A stretch of DNA of 26,192 bases from a virus (lineage: Duplodnaviria; Caudoviricetes): positions 1 to 26,192 of the IMG/VR virus record IMGVR_UViG_3300020162_001958; one strand, given 5' to 3'. Below the pieces are notes generated by a model, which saw nothing but the letters and a program-made list of their open reading frames with translations, did no database searches and was not told the origin of the DNA. The position numbers and the translations under genes are program-made. Numbering within the stretch: the first letter of the stretch is position 1; each line of letters opens with the position of its first letter. Below are positions 25,146-26,192 of the stretch, piece after piece.

Positions 25146-25778
25146 GTGGTTGCCCTCCGGGGCAGATAGGGAATCAAATTGATGGCAGTCCACCGACTCG
25201 GCCCAGTCGGTGATCTCGGCCGAATCCAGGTGCAAAGCCACCCGGCGGCCATCGGCGGGAGCCCCGGCGCCGTTGGAGCGCCCCTGGCGCGTCACCGCCA
25301 GGTGGTTCGCGGAGATATGGCGTTGCACCGCGTCGTAACGGGTGCCGTCAGGGGCGACGCCAGGGGTGCGGTCGATTTCCACCCGGTAACCGAGGGAGAG
25401 CTCCACCGCGTCGCCCCGCTCCACCGCGTCAATCAATTCCTGATCGGTGATTGTGACGATGCCGCTTGTGAAGCCGTTGTCGTAGGTGATCTGAGTGCCG
25501 GTGGAGCCCCGCTGGTAATCGCGGGCATTGGCCGGTGTCAGCAGGGTGGGCGGGTGCTCAAACGTGACCGGCAGCCCCCCAAGCGAAAAAATGCTGTCTT
25601 GATGGGCAACTTCGCTTTCGGGGCGATACTCGATCACCTTGGAACCGTCCTGCCGGCGATAGGCCTGACAGCCTGTGCGCGAAAAGTTGCCGCGGCAGCG
25701 CAAAAACCCCTCCGGGGTCTTGACTCGCCCCGGACCGATCGTGCTCCGATCAAATCTCAGCTCATAGGCCACAGGCAC
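24420..25778 (-). CDS. DUF2213 prohead protease fused to scaffolding domain
   Basis: TPEGFL...SRTG.Q.Y, EYRP..EV, PVT.EHP, ELSLGY, YDA.QR.I..NHLA....GR motifs, then acidic linker and coiled coil; GTG at 25772 is an alternative start. Confidence 0.9.
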   Translation of the reverse strand: MPVAYELRFDRSTIGPGRVKTPEGFLRCRGNFSRTGCQAYRRQDGSKVIEYRPESEVAHQDSIFSLGGLPVTFEHPPTLLTPANARDYQRGSTGTQITYDNGFTSGIVTITDQELIDAVERGDAVELSLGYRVEIDRTPGVAPDGTRYDAVQRHISANHLAVTRQGRSNGAGAPADGRRVALHLDSAEITDWAESVDCHQFDSLSAPEGNHMSTEFSSRSDGRGKKPMAPAAMEENMEEMEGGMEEDPDAEGMEDPDDGEMDPPVTPKAKGKRPPGRRDSFSSDSVSRAEYDRVRSALTARISKHEADLGRLDALSTRLDELESEIADQPGERLDADQFDSLVSERVELLEKANAVAGERIDAAGKSARDIQLEALDAVGYDTDRLDGKTDEYVAATFDAMAERADGKRLDSTTGLAQLLGKAGRPSGNDGLAAYKAATIAASLQPLMNHAA

Positions 25779-25793
25779 GCTGATCTCTGTGGC

Positions 25794-25810
25794 CAGATTG
25801 AGGCAATCTG
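25794..25810. promoter_or_regulatory. Candidate operator, 17-bp palindrome CAGATTG-AGG-CAATCTG
   Basis: Perfect 7-3-7 inverted repeat in the 63-bp gap between divergent protease and XRE genes. Confidence 0.5.
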
Positions 25811-25841
25811 CTTATCCTGGTGTGAATTATTCCGCCATGGA

Positions 25842-26072
25842 ATGCAATCAGCTATTGCCCCTGGCTTTTACGTGCGCGGCGTGCTGGGGGGCCGCATGCG
25901 CAACCTGCGCCTCCAGCGCAACCTCACCCAGGCCCAGCTGGCGGAAGCGATCGGTTGCCAGCAGCCCTGGATTGCCAAACTCGAACGGGGCAAGGCTGCA
26001 GCCGCCCCGGAGCAGTTGCGAGCCATCTGCCAGGTGCTGGGGGTGAGCGCCGACCGGCTGCTGATGCTCTAG
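25842..26072 (+). CDS. XRE/Cro-family helix-turn-helix transcriptional regulator (76 aa)
   Basis: LG.RMR.LR....LTQAQLAEAIG..Q..IAKLERG......L..I...LGVS.D.LL is a canonical HTH_3 pattern. Confidence 0.92.
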   Translation: MQSAIAPGFYVRGVLGGRMRNLRLQRNLTQAQLAEAIGCQQPWIAKLERGKAAAAPEQLRAICQVLGVSADRLLML

Positions 26073-26170
26073 CCATAGGCCGCCAGACCATTTTCGTGGC
26101 GCCCAGGGAATGGTCAGCGGCTTGGCGAAGCAAGGGCAACTCAGTGGAATTTCCAGACAGTTGCCCTTGC
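26072..26170. repeat. Two adjacent long inverted repeats downstream of the XRE gene
   Basis: GCCGC..GACCATT/AATGGTC.GCGGC (26079-26121) and GCAAGGGCAACT/AGTTGCCCTTGC (26130-26170) enclosing TGGAA-T-TTCCA. Confidence 0.8.
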
Positions 26171-26192
26171 CAGATCGTTACGGACGCGCTAC

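Larger units (their letters stand above)
1..26192. mobile_element. Siphovirus-type phage/prophage segment (probable picocyanobacterial host)
   Basis: Colinear head-neck-tail-tip gene order, tape measure, frameshifted tail chaperones, endolysin, ERF and XRE regulator; no host housekeeping genes; no tail sheath or baseplate wedge genes recognised. Confidence 0.95.

Noticed and set aside
25179-25841. N-terminal 221 aa of the 297-aa plus-strand ORF
   Set aside because: Antisense shadow of the DUF2213 gene; only the HTH part from ATG 25842 looks like a real protein
1-26192. tRNA, rRNA, CRISPR array, integrase, transposase, anti-phage defence genes
   Set aside because: No cloverleaf, repeat-spacer pattern or recognisable motifs found by eye

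Overview
The whole window is part of a tailed dsDNA phage or prophage with a long non-contractile (siphovirus-type) tail. The host is most likely a GC-rich picocyanobacterium (Cyanobium/Synechococcus-like); this is inferred from protein family resemblance and SD-less C-rich leaders, not from any search. The minus strand (25778 to 3966) carries a nearly complete, tightly coupled morphogenesis operon. In order: DUF2213 prohead protease/scaffold, decoration protein, DUF2184 major capsid protein, head-tail joining genes, Ig-extended major tail protein, tail chaperones linked by a -1 frameshift, tape measure protein with an embedded lambda-R-like muramidase, tail tip proteins, two holin-like membrane proteins and fibre genes. 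The plus strand carries a divergent ERF-type annealing protein, a hairpin-rich 280-nt spacer, a PD-(D/E)XK endonuclease, two orphans, a strong terminator and an M15A peptidase endolysin converging on the tail genes. At the right end an XRE/Cro HTH gene is divergent from the protease gene, with a 17-bp palindrome between them and two long hairpins behind it. Terminase, portal and integrase are not in the window. The best-supported hidden features are the GGGAAAC frameshift, a nested scaffold gene with its own SD and repeated RxD motifs, the XRE/operator cassette in the head module and a candidate structured RNA after erf. I cannot demonstrate a wholly new system from sequence alone. All family names are from motif recognition by eye.
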